A stretch of DNA of 64,000 nt. Origin: Balanoglossus misakiensis. Its lineage: Eukaryota > Animalia > Hemichordata. Shown here piece after piece: positions 61,021 to 64,000 of this stretch. The notes beneath the pieces were generated by a model that was not told the origin of the DNA, searched no databases, and saw only the letters and a list, made by a program, of their open reading frames with translations. Where the stretch lies: NCBI GenBank assembly GCA_040954595.2, contig CM082578.2:16538998-16602997 (forward strand), given 5' to 3'. A program made the translations under genes and the position numbers. Position 1 is the first letter of the stretch, and every line of letters begins with the position of its first letter.

Positions 61021-64000
61021 AAAAGCAATGTACGGGTTCGCAGAAATTTCAGTTAAAATCGAGTTTTAAAAGATGACCCAGTGAATTGAGTGTAGAAGGA
61101 AGGGCTCTCTCGTGACGCATCAATTTTAAATACGTGTTTAACACGTATTATACCCAGATAAGTAATCGACACCACATTTCGAAAATGTCGCCCATGACGC
61201 GTTTCCTTTCCCATTCAGAGTTTAAGATAATTTTCCTATCGTCACAGCCATCAAGTGATTACTTGTAAATGGTGTGTATGACCACAGGTGATGATGCAGC
61301 CAAGTAAAGATCTTCCCGCTTCAGGACATTGCTACATCCGTTCAGTAAACGTCGATGAGACCTTTCACGATCCGCCGTGAAAATCATGAAGACCCAAGGC
61401 ATGGCATTCACAGCCGGGATTTCTAAGGTTTCTGATGAAAAAGCAGGGGTCATTCGTTGGCAGAGCTCTGTGAATTCTACTTTTACTTTGGGTTCGTCGA
61501 CGAGTTTTCAGGTATTGGACAATTGTAAACGGGATGGGACTGTCTTGTGGGATTCTGTAAGGCAGGAGCAAGAGAAGCTATAAGGAATGAAATGCTGTCG
61601 TCTTTATTTTTCAAATGGGTTCATCTCGTAAATTGTTAAGAGCTGTGCACATTATAACCTTTGGATGTGAACATCGCTAGCGGAAATACGCAATCGTGGC
61701 TGTGAAAAATTGTGGTGGTGACGTCACACAACGCGTGGTTTATGTTGAATCTTTACCGGCGCGGCGTTTAGTCTGACTGCGCCGTGTTTTATTCTTGTGC
61801 ACGCAGACCCAACTTGCATAGTAAATTTTAGCACTGCTTCCGGCTTGCTCGTATTAAGCCACGCAGTTTAGTGCATTTTGGTTTTCCTCGTCACGACACA
61901 GTGCCATCTTTGCAATGAATGGGACAGTTTCCTTTCATGTTTATACCTGTAAGCCTTAAAATGAGATTTGCCTCACTATATCAGCCACCGACGAAAGGAT
62001 TTCAGACCAATTCCGAAATGTCACTGTGTCATTGGGAAAACTCGCCTTCCACGTTTATTTTCTTGTCTCTCACAAGGTACCCCTTTGTATGTATATCCCC
62101 GGACTTTGAAAACAATGCCTATGACGTGTTTCAAACTTAATCTATCGAACATGTGCAGTTCACATATACTTGGGAACAAATATGGTTATTAATAACACCC
62201 TCATAGTAATAGTGTGGGCGTCAAAGGGATAAAACCATTTGGCCTTCGCTCGCGCCGCTCCTTAAATCATATCTCGCAGAAAACAATGTCAAAGGAAATT
62301 TCAGTCGTCTGCAAAACAGAGTACTCCTTGTTTATTTTTAACACCGTTCTTAATGATTTCATCATGTATGCCACAAACGGTACTGTTATTTATAGTCTGA
62401 GGCGACAGCAATTAATTTCACTGCGCTGTTCGGTTCGCTCATTGACTGCGCGACTGCAGAAAGGGGGTCATCGGATCAACTGGTGTTTATCTGGGAAAGT
62501 TTTATCGCTTTGTTAAGTGAAAGTGTCGGACCGTGTTGGCATGTAAAACGGCCATTAAAAGTTAAATCTCGTGATCTACGATTGACTCTTAGAATGGACC
62601 CTTGGGAGGTTCTGCTCAAATTTGACAAGCTCTCAAATTAGGGCGTTAACAATGTTGCATCTCAGGCCGAAATTCTAGAAACATTCTCACGTAGGCTACA
62701 TAAGCAAAGGCTTGCGTAAAAGGGGATTTTGTCAAGTTTTTACTCGCTTTCCCTTGAGCTGGGGGCCAAAACATGCCTGAATAATTGTCCGACCCCTCTC
62801 CCCTATTTCCCAAATCATGTGGTAGAAATCAGGCATATGCATATGTTGGCCAAAGCAAAACTATATCTGTCTTGTTTGTATCATGATTTTTATTTATATA
62901 AGATCGGCTATGCATCAACGCACAAACACTAGAAATGTGTATCATTCCATTGGCTGGAAGTCCACTTAGTTCAAAGTTTTGCCAGCGGCAAATTGCTGGT
63001 CTCTTGCCTGTGGTGCATGTCATGCGTACTCTTTAAGTGCAACGTGCAACGTTAACCCCGGCCGAGTGCCGCTATCCTATATACTTACACTTTTGGAAGG
63101 CAAATCTCGATAACAGCTCAGTGATTATAAATTGTGAGAGGAGTAAAACAGTTTAGGGTCGGTTTGGGTCACATTTTGTTGCAAGTGTTACCTCGGGGGA
63201 ACAGATTGCTTACAACTACTCCCGTAAGTCTTCGCATAATAGACGACCAACGCATGACGTGACCAATGTCGGTTACGAGAACCCGTATAGACGTGATGGC
63301 CATTGCAAGTACCTGGCGTGCGCAGATCGCGTCAGTTCAGAGAATAGATCTTGGGCGCATCATTTGCGAAATGACATATTGCTTTCAACGTCCAAAAGAA
63401 ATGGAGCCGAAATCGCTTATTACAAATGAGAAAAATTGCCGTAATGGACATTTCGCGCACACAGTATAAAGACGCAATCCATTTTAGCGTTGTGTGTGAG
63501 GGAGGGGATAAATACAGCCTTTGTTGGAGTAATTTTCTGTCTTTTACGTCTAATATGAGACGATCTGTTCTCCATGCACTTGCTGGCCAATCAGGCCAGT
63601 ATTTCTCAGAATAATCGATGACATGAATTCCTGGCCTAGATACGACAAGCAGCCGTGCTAGGACCACCGAAAATCCGACACGCTTCAGAAAGGGGAAAAA
63701 TTAATTAATTTCACAGGACCAAACGATAGCCATTCAACAAGAATAGCAAAATTGTCGTCTGCTCTTAAAAGTTCATTTCAGATAGGCGATGTGATGACAT
63801 GTTTGACCCCATTTACCCACTATCAAAAAAGTTATCGTTATTTCTCGAATTATCTTTGTCATAAATCTATCGCCGTCCACATCAGATATTCCACGCTAAA
63901 CAACGTCCGTCTTTGTTTTCATCCAGTGTCGTACGTCGAGAAATGGGAACCAATGCACGTGCCAACTTCGTTTCTTTCTAAGGGAAAAAACCCGCAGACC

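Noticed and set aside
1-64000. CRISPR arrays, operons, rRNA/tRNA genes, transposase or reverse transcriptase ORFs
   Set aside because: None seen. The window is spliceosomal eukaryotic DNA.

Overview
Eukaryotic, intron-rich and AT-rich genomic DNA, probably from an invertebrate metazoan. A non-vertebrate deuterostome is plausible from the protein sequences and the patchy CpG depletion, but that is inference. Five protein-coding genes can be reconstructed by hand: (1) a complete 25-exon CAPS/CADPS (UNC-31) dense-core vesicle priming gene (+, 5464-28965, 1243 aa); (2) a clan-2 cytochrome P450 (+, 33293-35263, 502 aa); (3) a divergent multi-exon Ser/Thr kinase with a basic SPxR tail (+, about 40787-43504); (4) an intronless atypical Ras-family GTPase without a CaaX box (-, 46537-47046); (5) a class A peptide-receptor-like GPCR with a single coding exon and several non-canonical motifs (-, 54182-55261). 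There are also small MITE-like elements and microsatellites, and no prokaryotic-type systems. The most interesting signal is hidden splicing architecture in CAPS. The two unusually long internal introns around exon 16 hold a set of frame-preserving microexon candidates (18-48 nt), some with long AG-free zones and flanking Nova/Rbfox motifs. There is also a stop-carrying cassette and an exon that starts with a perfect GTAAGT, which regenerates a donor after splicing. RFX X-box clusters and CpG-depletion domains are further regulatory signals. All gene models and motif calls were made by eye and need RNA-seq and homology confirmation.
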